Below are positions 1 to 14,827 of a stretch of 64,000 nt of DNA, in pieces. Source of the DNA: Eledone cirrhosa (taxonomy: Eukaryota); assembly GCA_964016885.1 (NCBI GenBank), contig OZ024750.1:7378001-7442000 (forward strand). Direction: 5' to 3'. Both the position numbers and the translations under genes were made by a program. Each line of letters begins with the position of its first letter. Within the stretch, counting starts at the first letter, position 1. The notes beneath the pieces were generated by a model. The model was not told the origin of the DNA, did no database searches, and saw only the letters and a list, made by a program, of their open reading frames with translations.

Positions 1-799
1 ATTAGCTTTGATTTGTGGGAGATTTGGTTGCTATTTCTAGCATGTTGAGCTATCATTTAGAGGTTTACTGTCTGTCTCTTACCACATTAACTACAGCTCC
101 TTTACTTAATAGATCTAAGATATAACACCTATCATAAATGATGTTTCCTTTGTTCTTTTCTCAGTAACAATTCAAATTACTTCTTTGAAACTGGCTTCCT
201 ATAGGAAATCCTGTTTGCCAAGTATTTCCTTCTGTTACTTACCTCCACTGTTTCCAAAAATTATTGTTTTTTTGCGCTCATATCTTCTCTACTTGTTGAT
301 TGACTTACAAACCAATAAATGGAATCTCAATGTGGAAGTTTGTCATACTAAAAATAACAGTCAAATCCCTCTTCAATCACACCTTACTATTATAAAAAAG
401 TAGAACAAATTATATAATTTAACTGTAAATAGTCTTGGGTCCCAAATAATAGGTGTTGGTTGGGGTTTAGAATAAGCAGAGAGGTCTCAATGTGGATGTT
501 TTTCATGCTAGAAATAGCAGTCACATCCCTTTTAACCCTTTCATGGGCATATTTCAATTAATTAATTGTTTCTACTTTAGGCACAAGGCCAGCAATTACC
601 CAGTGCATTACTGGTACTTTATTTTATCGACCCCGTAAGGATGAAAGGCAAAGTCAACCTCGGCGGGATTTGAACTCAGATCATAAAGGGACGTAACTAT
701 GCTGGAAAGCATGGTGTCAAACCCTCTACCGATACTGCCAATCCACCTCCCTTTTCAATTAATTAAGGAAGAATTTTGAGGAATTTACTAAAAGTATTA

Positions 800-1172
800 C
801 CGTATTTCCTGGCGCTGAAGACACTACTTTTTTCCTAAAATAAGTCTAAAAAATCTACCATGCATTGCTGGAGGCCGAAGGTTGTTTATTATTGTTTTTT
901 TTTTGCGGTGGATTGGCAGTATCGGTAGAGGGTCGGACACTATGCTTTGCCACATAGAGTTACGGCCCTTGCCATTCTGAGTTCAAATCCCGCCGAGGTT
1001 AACTTTGCTTTTCATCCTTATGGGGTTGATAAAATAAAGTACCAGTAATGCGCTGGAATAATTGCTGGCCTTGTGTCAAAAGTAGAAATAATTATTGTTT
1101 TTTCAAATTTTTGGTTGTCAAAATTAAGGTGGGTCTTCGAGGACGAAGCATCTTTGGCACCGGGAAATACAG
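800..1172. mobile_element. Tc1/pogo-type MITE (TA TSD) interrupted by a SINE
   Basis: TA-CCGTATTTCCTGGCGC...GCACCGGGAAATACAG-TA; an uninterrupted copy lies at 56983-57150. Confidence 0.75.
904..1098 (+). mobile_element. tRNA-derived SINE, Nin/Deu-domain type (most abundant family here)
   Basis: A-box TGGCAGTATCGG, B-box GAGTTCAAATCC, central CTTTCATCCTTAYGGGGTYGATAAAATAAAGTACCAG, (ATT)n tail. At least 15 copies, e.g. 566-752(-), 9114-9292(+), 12931-13122(-), 17461-17850(-, two), 20857-21180(+), 21505-21735(+), 25823-26003(-), 33005-33193(+), 36350-36570(+), 58295-58465(-), 60108-60292(+). The domain name is from memory. Confidence 0.85.
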
Positions 1173-1374
1173 TAATTATCTCATTACTAAGGTAGTAACT
1201 TCATGTAAAGGTTCTTATATAAAATTATGTTGGAAGATTTTAATTTTAATTTTTGGTATATCAGGTACAATATTATTCAATGTTTTCTTCATTTTTTTAT
1301 GATTTGAAGTAGACTTGGCTGCTATTTCTAGCTTCCTTTTTGGTTTGAGAAAAAAGAAACAAAAAAAAATTGAA

Positions 1375-1440
1375 TTCCCATGCCAGGAATTGAATTCAAG
1401 ATACCTGACTGAAAGCGAGGAATCCTAACCCCTAGAATTC
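1375..1440 (-). pseudogene. tRNA-Glu(TTC)-like pseudogene
   Basis: Minus strand TCTAGGGGTTAGGATTCCTCGCTTTCAGTCAGGTATCTTGAATTCAATTCCTGGCATGGGAA resembles metazoan tRNA-Glu, with oligo-T downstream. The 5' acceptor strand is missing and stems are mismatched. Confidence 0.65.
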
Positions 1441-1834
1441 CAGAATTCCAGCTGTGTATCCTATGATGTAAAAACATTTCCATGTAGAAAATTGATCTCA
1501 GAAATATCAGAACCATAAAACAACTGTTGATTATTGTAATGGTAAATTCAGTGCTATCTTGTTGCTAAAGCAATGAAAGGTTACGTATTGGATAACCTAA
1601 CTTCTTACAGTCTTCAGTATCTAACTTCATAGCTGAAGGTAATATGCAGAAATGTTCATATATCTCTACAGCTATACAGTACAAACAGAATTGCCATTCC
1701 GTTCATATTGGTTATTTACTGAAGTATAGTAATTCTTTCGGTATATTGCAACAAACCATTATAAGCTTCAAGGATATGATTGTTCAGCCAGTTGTTTTTG
1801 GCCAACTCTTATGTACATATATACGTTTACCGAA

Positions 1835-2580
1835 TTAATTATGAAGCTCCGACGCCTGGCAACTGACTTGGTAAACACCCACAAAATTGTTAACCATCTT
1901 GCCAACAACAACCCTGAGTACCTTTTTGATTTCCATGTGTCTAACACACGTGGGCATGCCCACAAAGTCAAAAAAACAACACAGCTCCTATGACTTTCGG
2001 AAACATTTTTTCATGTTCAGAGTTGCTGAAGCATGGAACGAACTACCTGCATCAGTTATTAGCTGCCGAGACACTGCATCCTTTAAAACCTCCATGGAAC
2101 AAACTACGTCCATCAGTTGTTAGCTGTCGAGACACTGCATCCTTTAAAACCTCCATGGAACAAACTACATCCATCAGTTGTTAGCTGTCGAGACACTACA
2201 TCCTTAAAAACCTCCATGGAACAAACTACATCCATCAGTTGTTAGCTGTCGAGACACTGCATCCTTTAAAACATCCATGGAACAAACTACGTCCATCAGT
2301 TGTTAGCTGTCGAGACATTGCATCCTTTAAAACCTCCATGGAACAAAATACATCCATCAGTTGTTAGCTGTCGAGACACTGCATCCTTTAAAACATCCAT
2401 GCTTCTGAGATTTGCCAACACTACACCTGATGTTCCCCCTCCATACACACATGTATATCATGACTCATACACTATTCACTTCCCTGACATTTGTATATTA
2501 TTCTATGTACTATACATGCACCTTTGACGAGTTGTAGTGCACCTGAGCACTTTACACAATAATTTCATTATTATTATTAT
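1835..2580 (+). mobile_element. CR1/L2-clade LINE 3' end with internal 61-bp tandem expansion
   Basis: Frameshifted RT C-terminus (KLRRLATDLVNTHKI...NTRGHAHK...FRKHFF.FRVAEAWNELPASV...FKTSM), 3' UTR and (ATT)n tail. Confidence 0.85.
2032..2401 (+). repeat. 61-bp tandem repeat, about 6 copies, derived from LINE coding sequence
   Basis: Unit CATGGAACAAACTACATCCATCAGTTGTTAGCTGTCGAGACACTGCATCCTTTAAAACCTC; single-copy in the 29781 and 30313 LINE copies. Confidence 0.92.
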
Positions 2581-2764
2581 TTCATCATGTGAATCATTTG
2601 ATTATCTTATCCAGTCTGCTTCTAAGAATCGGTTCTATGTATTTTCTTTCAGCAAACTACTCACAATTCAAGTAGATGATGGATTCCTGTCTGTAGGAAT
2701 ACATCATATCTGTCTAAAAGTGTTAAATATCATCATGTTACCAAATATACATGGCGTGTGTATA

Positions 2765-4875
<2,111 letters not shown>

Positions 4876-5102
4876 TATATATATTATGGAATACTGTTGG
4901 CTTTTTGCTACAATATTTTCTATACCTTTCATTTATATATACATATGTATATACATATACATATATATATATAAACATATATGAACACATATATATATAT
5001 ATATATACATATATGAAGTCGTTTTTAGTATTTCTTGGCATTTGTCAGTAAAAGATAGGCAAGTGTAAAATGGTGCTGAATTCTGATAAATACGAAATTG
5101 GA

Positions 5103-5151
5103 TATGCCACGTTTCAGAGCAATGTAGTATCTATATTACTTCTTCACACAT
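5103..5151 (-). pseudogene. Degenerate hammerhead-like motif
   Basis: Minus strand ATGT-GTGAAGA-AGTAATATAG-ATA-CTACATTGCT-CT-GAAA-CGTG-GCAT. Core position 3 and the cleavage triplet are mutated. Lies between (TA)n tracts. Confidence 0.4.
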
Positions 5152-5204
5152 TCATCTTTAGTATCTACTGGCACTTTGGTAATAATATCATTATAGATAA
5201 CTAG

Positions 5205-5239
<35 letters not shown>

Positions 5240-5242
<3 letters not shown>

Positions 5243-5408
5243 AAGGAATTGTGGTAAGGAACCAGATGGACCATAACGCACCAAAGTACTCAATACTTAG
5301 GGTTGTAGAGTGGGTAATAGGAACAAGTATGACCCTGACGGCAGAGCTCAAGAGTCCAGAAATAGCCGTCGAAACGGCTTGAGCTCTGCCGTCGGGGTCA
5401 TACTTGTT

Positions 5409-5412
<4 letters not shown>
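5240..5412. mobile_element. (TA)n-inserted fold-back element family, copy 1
   Basis: ~90-bp shared arm plus palindrome TAGGAACAAGTATGACCCTGACGGCAGAGCTCAAG...CTTGAGCTCTGCCGTCGGGGTCATACTTGTTCCTA; homologous to copies at 23470, 31494 and 63760. Confidence 0.75.
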
Positions 5413-5442
<30 letters not shown>

Positions 5443-5670
5443 AGAATATTTTTGAAACAGCGAGCGGGTTTGAAATTATTAGAAATGTAAGCTATCGCCG
5501 TATTTGGACTAAAGAAATTAAAGAAATTATTTAGCCTGATAGGGGGGTTAAGAACCCTCGGAGAAATGGAAAAAAGATGAATGGATGTGTATGTATGTAT
5601 GCGTCCACATGTGTGTATATGTATGTGTGTGAAATGATAGAATCCTTCTAAAGAATTTTAAATTCCAGTT

Positions 5671-5865
5671 TACCATATATATACATTACCATATATATAC
5701 ATAACCATATATATACATTACCATATATATACATAACCATATATATACATTACCATATATATACATTACCATATATATATACATTACCATATATATACAT
5801 AACCATATATATACATAACCATATATATACATTACCATATATATACATTACCATATATATATACA
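5671..5865. repeat. ~16-bp minisatellite ACCATATATATACATW
   Basis: About 12 direct copies. Confidence 0.9.
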
Positions 5866-6429
5866 TGCCGCATTTTCAAACAACATCCATAAAATTCCAA
5901 TAAGCATTCAATGATAGAAGAATACATCTGGGAATCAGAGTTTTACCAGTTTTAGTCTCACACATTGAAGATGTCGGAATCTAATCCACTGGGAGATGTT
6001 CTAGTCATTAGCAAGATGTTATAATTATCATCACCAGCAGCAGCAACACCAGCAACAGCAACAGCAGCAACAACAGCAGCAGCACCATCACAACCATCAC
6101 CACTAGCACCATCATCACAAGCATCACAACCATCGCCACCACCAACACCACTGCTACCACCAGCACAACCACTATCACTACTGCTGCCAATACCACCACC
6201 ACCAAAACCACCATCATCATGATAGCCATCATCACCACTACTCCCCCACCTCCACCCCGTCATCATCATCATCATCATCATCATCATCTACCACCGCCAC
6301 TGCCGGTGCCACTTACACCGCCACCACCACCACCACTGAATGTCCTTCCTAGTGCCAACCACTTTACAGAGTGTACTAGGTGCATTTTATATTAGGACCA
6401 GCATTAGTGAGTTTATTTTCTATCATGCA

Positions 6430-6835
6430 AGTTTAGTTTACTTACTACTCAACACAGTTTTCACTACTTCTTCCCATATCTTCCTGGGACTTCCCTTTCA
6501 ATAGTTTCCATCTAATTTGAATGGCTTACACTTCTTTATAGAACTATCATCCTTCATATATTTTACATACATATATAACCACTCTTGCATCTGTTCTGCA
6601 TTACATCTAATTCCACTTTTATATCCTGTTTGTCTCTTAATTGATTTGTTCTTTGCCATTCATGTGCATTAAAATAATGCATCCAGCTGAGCATGTTTGC
6701 TTCATTTCTTTCTGGTCTTCTAAAATCTTCTGCATTCAAAGCTTACTTCTCACTACCATGCAGTGTCACAGTTCATATACAAGCATCATAAAATCTGCTC
6801 TTTTCTCTCAGAGAGAAACCCATTGTTTCTAACAA
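6430..6835 (-). mobile_element. Old, highly degenerate RTE LINE fragment
   Basis: Reverse-strand remnants of the LYDACI...LHGSE and RP.KIW regions. Confidence 0.55.
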
Positions 6836-7661
6836 AAATAGGAAGTTCCTCATCATTTTAAAACCTGTGGCCTCTGCACCACCGAGAAGAGTGCAATACC
6901 AAAAGGAAATCACTGGATTCAGGCATTTACTTAAATGTCAAAAGCAAGATATTCAACACCTGAATGTATTGTACCAAATTCATTAAAAAAATGTTTGTCG
7001 TTGTCACCATGAAAGAGACAGACATTGCATTTTGCTATACTTATTGGGATTTAGGTGGTGAATTGGCAGAATCATTAGAATGTTGAATATAATGCTTTGC
7101 AGTATTTGTCCTGACACCCTGCTCTCTGAGTTCAAATCCTGCCAAGGTCGACATTGCCTTTCATCCATTTAAGGTTGATAAAAATGTACCACTCATTGAT
7201 AAAAAGCCCACAGTCTACTTGGTAAGATGGTAGTGCAGGTGTCATGATAAAATGTACCAAGCCTAGTCTGTAAGATGGTAAAGCTGGTGCAGGTGCAATG
7301 ACAAAATGCACACAGTCCACTTGGTAAGGTGCTAGTGCTGGTGCCATGACAAAAAGCACCCAGTCCAACCTGTAAGATGGTAGTGCCTGAGTCATTATAA
7401 AATGCTCCCAGTATATGTTGCAAAGTGGTTTGTCTTAGGAAGTGCATCCAGCCACAGAAAACCAAGCCAAAAATGGAGCGTACAACCACAACATAGTCAC
7501 ATGACCAATCTAGCCTCAATATATGACAACCTGTCTAACCCCTGCAGGCATGAAAATAGATGTTAAACTGTGGTGATGTTGATGTATATGCATATATAAT
7601 ATAATATGTATAAATATATATGTATATATTCATGCATATTATATTTATATAGTACATATGG

Positions 7662-7735
<74 letters not shown>

Positions 7736-8036
7736 GAGAGGGAGGGTGGGTAGAGAGTGTGTGTAAGAGTGTCTCTCTCTGTGGGTGTGCATGCATGTGT
7801 GTGATAAGAGGTGAGCTGAAATATAAAGGTAAGTAACACATTTCTGTAGGCGGGTAGGTGGAGAATTAGGTGATAACTAGAGTAGAACAAAAAGGTGGAG
7901 ATAGCTTTGGCTAATGCTGTTGAGTCAAGAAAAGAAAAAGAATATTTTTAGATAAGCTTGTGTTAGCTATTCCTACAGCTCCCGGCTGCTGTCACCCAAC
8001 AGGGTGTGTTATAATATATACACACCTCCATGTATA

Positions 8037-8086
<50 letters not shown>

Positions 8087-8104
8087 TATAATTCATCATC
8101 ATCA

Positions 8105-8350
8105 TCACCGTTTTACGTCCGTTCTTCCACGCTAGCATGGGTTAGACGGGTTGTCCTGTTGTGGGCAGTGTCTGGTCGGCTGACCATGCCTTGCTCATAC
8201 AGGAACTGATCTGGCTTGATTTCTACAGCTGGATGCCCTTCCTAACACCAACCTCATTTACAGTGAGTGCTGGGTGCTTTTTCGTGGCGCCTACACGTCC
8301 ACTTTACAGTGTGGGCTGGGTGCTTTTTTGCCGTGGCACCTCCACGGCCA
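8105..8350 (-). mobile_element. Meta-like SINE 3' portion with (GAT)n tail
   Basis: Reverse-strand GGTGTTAGGAAGGGCATCCAGC...CCATGCTAGCGTGGAAGAACGGACGTAAAAC. Family copies at ~29065-29310(-), ~44345-44575(-), ~49835-50090(+) and ~50860-51120(+). Confidence 0.7.
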
Positions 8351-8538
8351 CCTTATATATATATACACACACACACACAAACCATCACACACACACACAC
8401 ACATACAAACCATCACACACACACATACAAACCAACACACACACACACACACATTTACAAGGAAAAACAGAGGTTAAATGGTGATGATGATGATGATTTT
8501 CTATATCACTATCAACATCATCATCACCATTTTACGTC

Positions 8539-8577
<39 letters not shown>

Positions 8578-9348
8578 CAAATCTCACTGTTCTTGCAATC
8601 CCTTTCCGTGATTGCGAACAAATTGCTGCTGACAGAAAGGACTAGAGAGGGAGGTGCCATAGTGCGATCAACAGCTTTGAATCCAGTGGCATAGAGAAAT
8701 TGTGTGTAGACAGGATAGATTTAATACGCACATGGTCAGCAAATGCTCCATCCAACCAGATGCTTTCAGCAGCTTAGTGACTATTCCTGATGGTTCTATG
8801 ACCAGAGATTGTCGGCTATCAATATAACACCAAATTAGCAGGCAGTTCCCTAATCGAATTGGTCCTCTGTTTTCTGTATACTATTTTCGATTTCTTTGTA
8901 TCTTCTATTCTCTGCTTGGGTTTAACGTAATCCTATTATATAATTCTGCAAATACACCTGATGAAATCGTCCAGTCTTACATAATAATCAGATGATAGGG
9001 CTCGTCCATTGAATTATGTATTGTGCTTTTGCGGAATTAAAATTCTAAAGTAAATTTTCCAGTCCGGCCTTCTGTTGTAGTTTTAATGTACATATATATA
9101 TATATATCATCTTGGCAGTATCGGTAGAGGGTCGGACGCCATGCTTTGACGCATACAGTTACGGCCCTTGCCATTCTGAGTTCAAATCCCGCCGAAGTTA
9201 ACTTTGCCTTTCATCCTTACGGGGTCGATAAAATAAAGTACCAGTAATACACAGGGTAATTGCTGGCCTTATGCCAACAGTAGAAACAATTATCATCATC
9301 ATCATCATCATCATCATCATTTTACGTCTGCTTTTCCCTGCTTGCAAG

Positions 9349-9389
<41 letters not shown>

Positions 9390-9397
<8 letters not shown>

Positions 9398-9592
9398 CGT
9401 AAAATAAGAAAATATTTTTTAAAAAAATTTTTAAAAAATTTTTTTAAAAAATATTTTCTTATTTTACGTCTTTTATATTATTGTTCTGCACCCTCCTGCA
9501 TTGAACCACCTAGGTACTATGACATAACCTGTGTATTTGCTGGCATGGATGTGCATCTGTGCGCCTATGTTAGTTGATATATTAAATTATCT
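9390..9592 (+). mobile_element. 5'-truncated copy of the 14826 family with an inverted 5' duplication
   Basis: The 3' part matches 15030-15181; about 9388-9477 is a near-perfect palindrome; (TA)n on both sides. Confidence 0.7.
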
Positions 9593-10006
9593 ATATATAT
9601 ATATATATATATATATGTATACTCACACCAATATCTACCCACATATTATATGTACTGCTAAATATACGACACATATATATTGTTAACAAATAGATAGATA
9701 GGTAAGTTTGTAAGTATGTAGACAGATAAAATGTGGTTATAATTACACGTGTAACTACATTTAAGCCATGCATCTCATTGACTCAGACACAAACTCTTTC
9801 TTATGCACATTACTTCCAACCCCCATACTTTGGTCTCTATATTCTACTCTCTTTCTCTCTCTCTCTCTTTCTTCCTTTCTCTCTCTCTCTTTCACTCTTT
9901 CCATTTCAGCTTTGGGATTCCTTGTAAGTATGCTCACATACACACATACACACAAATATATATGTGCATACACACAGGAAAAATATGCATATGTTTGCCA
10001 TCACCA

Positions 10007-10095
<89 letters not shown>

Positions 10096-10129
10096 ATATA
10101 TTTATATATATATACACACATATATACAC

Positions 10130-10175
<46 letters not shown>

Positions 10176-10391
10176 ATATGTTCAGAAATGATGAGCAGAG
10201 TTTGAAGTTTAGGAAAAAGCTAGAAGCTTCATCGAATTTGTGTTACTATAGAAAAATACTGTAAATCATAAAAAATGGACATTAGCAGTTGTTGTCCATT
10301 TTTTTCCATTAATGGGGCTTATATTCCCTATTATTTAAATTATTTTCCTGTAGTAAAAATTATTCAATGAAGCTTCTAACTTCCTCATTAA

Positions 10392-10459
<68 letters not shown>

Positions 10460-11163
10460 TATATATACATAGCTGGCAATCAATGTTTATCATTGATTGA
10501 CCAATTGTTAATATATGTATATATATATATATACATCATCATCATCATCATCGTTTAACGTCCATCTTCCATGCTAGCATGGGTTGGACGGTTTTGTCCC
10601 GCTTGAGGCGAGATTGGTCGGGAGACTGTGTCTCACCCGTACAGAAGTGTCTCTGGCAGGTTTTTCCCACCTGGATGCCCTTGAAACCATCTTTAAAATA
10701 TGTGTCACAATGTCATTTCGAATAAGTTTTTTTTTTATTCTTTGTTTTTTTCCTACAACCTGACAGAGAGTTGTTTATTTACCTTGCTGAAAACATACCT
10801 GAATTTAGATAACAATCAGAGTAATTGTGCTTTTGTTTTTGCTTCGTTTCTATTCTTAGAAAACAATTCTTTAGACTAAATTAGCTTGAAGATAAAATAA
10901 ATGAATAAATATCTGCCTAATTGAAGAAAAACATAAAACTTCTTCTTTCTCTTGTTTTTACAGATACTTTAGTTGTTTTGTTTTAACCATCACAGTTTAA
11001 ATCTTACAACAACACCACTTTGTGCCAAGAAACTATTCCTATGTTAATATATGGAAGAAGATTGGAAAATAATTATTACTTCGACTATTGCAGTTTTCAT
11101 TTCTTAATTAACTTATAATGTCTTGTTCAATGCTGCAGCTGTGTGCTGTAAGAGGACCGACGA

Positions 11164-11300
11164 CAGACCCCATGGCAGGGTCCATGGCAGACCCCATGGC
11201 AGGGCCCATAGCAGACCCCATGGCAGGGCCCATGGCAGGGCCCACAGCAGACCCCACAGCAGACCCCACAGCAGAGCCCATGGCAGACCCCATGGCAGAT
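11164..11300. repeat. 12-bp GC-rich minisatellite (CAGACCCCATGG)
   Basis: About 11 copies; source of the spurious ADPM/HGRP ORFs. Confidence 0.9.
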
Positions 11301-11969
11301 CAAATGACCATGTTGATTCATTATATATTAATTTGAAGCTCAATGAAAATATTTTAAAGGTTGTCATGTTGAAATTGTGCTTCATGGGAAGTGGAGTCAT
11401 TCTTATCTGGAAATGAAATGAAAAATATGTTACCATAGATTTAATTGAAAGATCTTCTGTAGTACAACTAACCTGCTGCAATTCTTTAAGAGACTCTCTT
11501 GATATAATATTATTTACAATTGTTGTTGTTGTTGTTGTTGTTGTTGTCATCGTTGTTGCTGTTGTTGTGATTGTTGTTGTTGTTGTTGTTGTTATTGTGG
11601 TTGTTGTTACTATCTCATTGCATGTCTTGTTTATTTAGTTCCTGTCAAAATGTTAATGGTGCTAGCAGTGAATTACTAAAGAGTGGGTGTGTTGATGAAG
11701 GTGGGGTGCGGCAGGGTGGTGGTGGTGGTGGTGGTGGACTGTGGTGGTGGTGAGGAGTCTGCTTCCTTCCTCTTCAGGTGACAATGGGAGAACTTACTTT
11801 CATGACAGACATCTGAAATATTTTAGGCAAACTTTCAAACCAAACAAAATATCAGTTACTTATCTATGTTATCTTTGAATAACTTCCCTGTTCTGATTTA
11901 TAAATCTGTAAATAGGTACTATACAGTCAAGACAAGATTTTCAGTGCTGTCCATTACAGCTAGACTTAA

Positions 11970-12179
11970 CCCTTTGCCATTTACACTACTCTATATATAC
12001 TATTGTATTTTTACAGTAAAGACTTTATCTCACATAATTATCTGACATAATATCGAATCTATGAGATTTTGATGTTATTTATTTTGAGAACATCAGTATG
12101 TGTGGCGAGTTATGGATGGTTTGAACAGAAAGGAGTGAGAGAATTCTGGCCTGATACAGCTGGTTTAAATGCTAAAGGG
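11970..12179. mobile_element. piggyBac-like MITE (TTAA TSD, CCCTTT termini)
   Basis: TTAA-CCCTTTGCCATTTA...TAAATGCTAAAGGG-TTAA. Family copies at 16455-16748, 19546-19765, ~33355-33670, ~44950-45160 and ~55600-56117. Confidence 0.8.
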
Positions 12180-13469
12180 TTAAAATGCTTCACTTTTCTT
12201 CTAGGTTCCACACATAGAGCAGTAAGCAATCTAAGGCCATTTTTTGTTACTAAAACAAGGGTTTGCTTTGTGGGTCCCATGAAAAACATGTTCATCATGG
12301 TGTCCTTTTTAAAGCAATGTTTTTTACAACTGGATACCCTTCCTGATGCCAACCATCCATTTTAGTTCCATATTATGACATGCAGGGAGGGATACAGTGT
12401 ACCTATTCTAAACCAGATACATACAACGCTAAGTTCCATATATAAGGAAAAAATATGATAAATTCCCACCAAATACTAACTTTACTCAACTCACCAATAA
12501 CTATACTGTCTCTTTTTTTATTCTCTTTTATTTCTTTGCCCACTTATTCCTAAGAAGTTCATGTGGGGACAGAGTCCACAAAAAACTCCTTCCAGTAGGT
12601 CCTGTCAGAAACCACCATCTCCAACTGATCGGCTGGATCTCCAAGCAGGACCAGCCAAACATGGATGTTATCCAGCCATCTTGCTCGAAACATAATACAT
12701 GGTTGATCTAACATATTGTTTCTACACAAGTGTTATATTGTTTTTATATTTGACTAAATAGTGTGTCTGTGAGTACTCTTAGAGTGAGACCAGCCAAGCT
12801 AATGAATGTTATCCAGCCATCTTGCTTGGGATATAAGCCCCTGGGTCTCCTACTGGTTTGGCTTTGCTCGTCTCTTTTTTTTTCTACCCTACCTAACTAG
12901 TTAATAAAAATCAGCACAAACAAACATAATAATTATTTCTACTTTTAGCACAAGGCCAGCAATTATCCCAGTGCATTACTGGTACTTTATTTTATCGACC
13001 CCGTAAGGATGAAAGGCAAAGTTAACCTCGGCGGGATTTGAACTCAGACCATAAAGGGCCGTAACTCTTTGCTGCAAAGCATGGCGTCTGACCCTCTACC
13101 GATACTGTCAATCCACTGCCCTCAATCCACAAACAAACATAATAATATCTTTGAAATTACATCAGCCATCAATAATAATCCATTTGTATAAATTATTTAA
13201 GAAGTGATGCAATGAGTTAACAAGGCAACATGGCAACAAATTATGAATAACATCAATAAAAGTTGGTTGTCTTTGACTTGAAAATCAACCAATTCAAGTA
13301 GAGACTGGATGAATATTAGAAAAGAGAATACAATTAAAATATCCTTCAACAATTGTAGGAAAAGAGAGTTATGAATAAGTTGGCATTTATAGCATTATAG
13401 CATTGGTTCATAGGCTGACCAAGATACTCTCATGGAATGACCAAATGAGGTTTATTTTTCAACATAGTC

Positions 13470-13629
13470 GATGATGATGATACTGATGATGATGAGGGTG
13501 ATGATGGTGATGATGATGATGACAACGATGATGATGAAATTGATGATGATGAGGAGGAGAAGAATGATGATGAAGATGATGATGATGATGAGATGATGGT
13601 GGTGGTGATGATGACAATGATGATGATAG

Positions 13630-13662
<33 letters not shown>

Positions 13663-13695
13663 CATCAATGATGATGGTTATGACAGTGATTGCTA

Positions 13696-13726
<31 letters not shown>

Positions 13727-13810
13727 CGATGACGGTGATGATGTTGACGGTGATGATGATGACGGAGATGATGACAATGATGATGATGCTGACGGTGATG
13801 ATGATGGTGG

Positions 13811-13859
<49 letters not shown>

Positions 13860-14513
13860 GGTGAAGATGATGATAATGATGATGATGGTGATGATGGTGG
13901 GAATGGTGATGATGATGATAATGATGATGATGGTGATGATGATGGGAATGGCGATGATGATGGTGAAGATGATGATGATGATAATGATAACGAGGATGAT
14001 GATGATGATAATGATGATGTTAATGATGATGATGATTGTGATGATAATGGTGATGAAGGCCAGGAGGTAGGGTGGTCAGTTAGGAGGATATGAAGGAGGA
14101 GGAAGATGTCTGAACTTTAAGGAGGACCATCTGTCTAATGCCACTAGGACTGGACACTCGGACTTTACAGACATGTTGCCTAACTTTGTTGGACTCCTGT
14201 CAAGAGGTATGAATAATACATGTATATATATATATGTATATATATATGTGTGTCTGTATGTACACATGTATGAGTGTGTGTATATATATATGTGTGTATA
14301 TATATATATATATATGTACACATGTATGAGTGTGTGTATATATATATATATATTCACACATATATATATATACACACACTCATACATGTGTACATATATA
14401 TATATATATACACACATATATATATACACACACTCATACATGTGTATATATATGTGTGTATATATATATATATATGTATATATATATGTGTGTCTGTATG
14501 TACACATATATGA

Positions 14514-14573
<60 letters not shown>

Positions 14574-14647
14574 CTGTATGTACACATATATGAGTGTGTG
14601 TGTATATATATATATATATATGTGTGTCTGTATGTACACATATATGA

Positions 14648-14746
<99 letters not shown>

Positions 14747-14760
14747 CATATATATATGTT

Positions 14761-14825
<65 letters not shown>
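13470..14825. repeat. (GAT/GGT)n and (TA/TG)n microsatellite block
   Basis: Seen directly. Confidence 0.95.

Positions 14826-14827
<2 letters not shown>

Noticed and set aside
11108-11416. Repetitive peptide ORFs (ADPM, HGRP, GSAM) suggesting a structural or reflectin-like protein
   Set aside because: A 12-bp minisatellite open in multiple frames, with no reflectin motif or convincing exon context.
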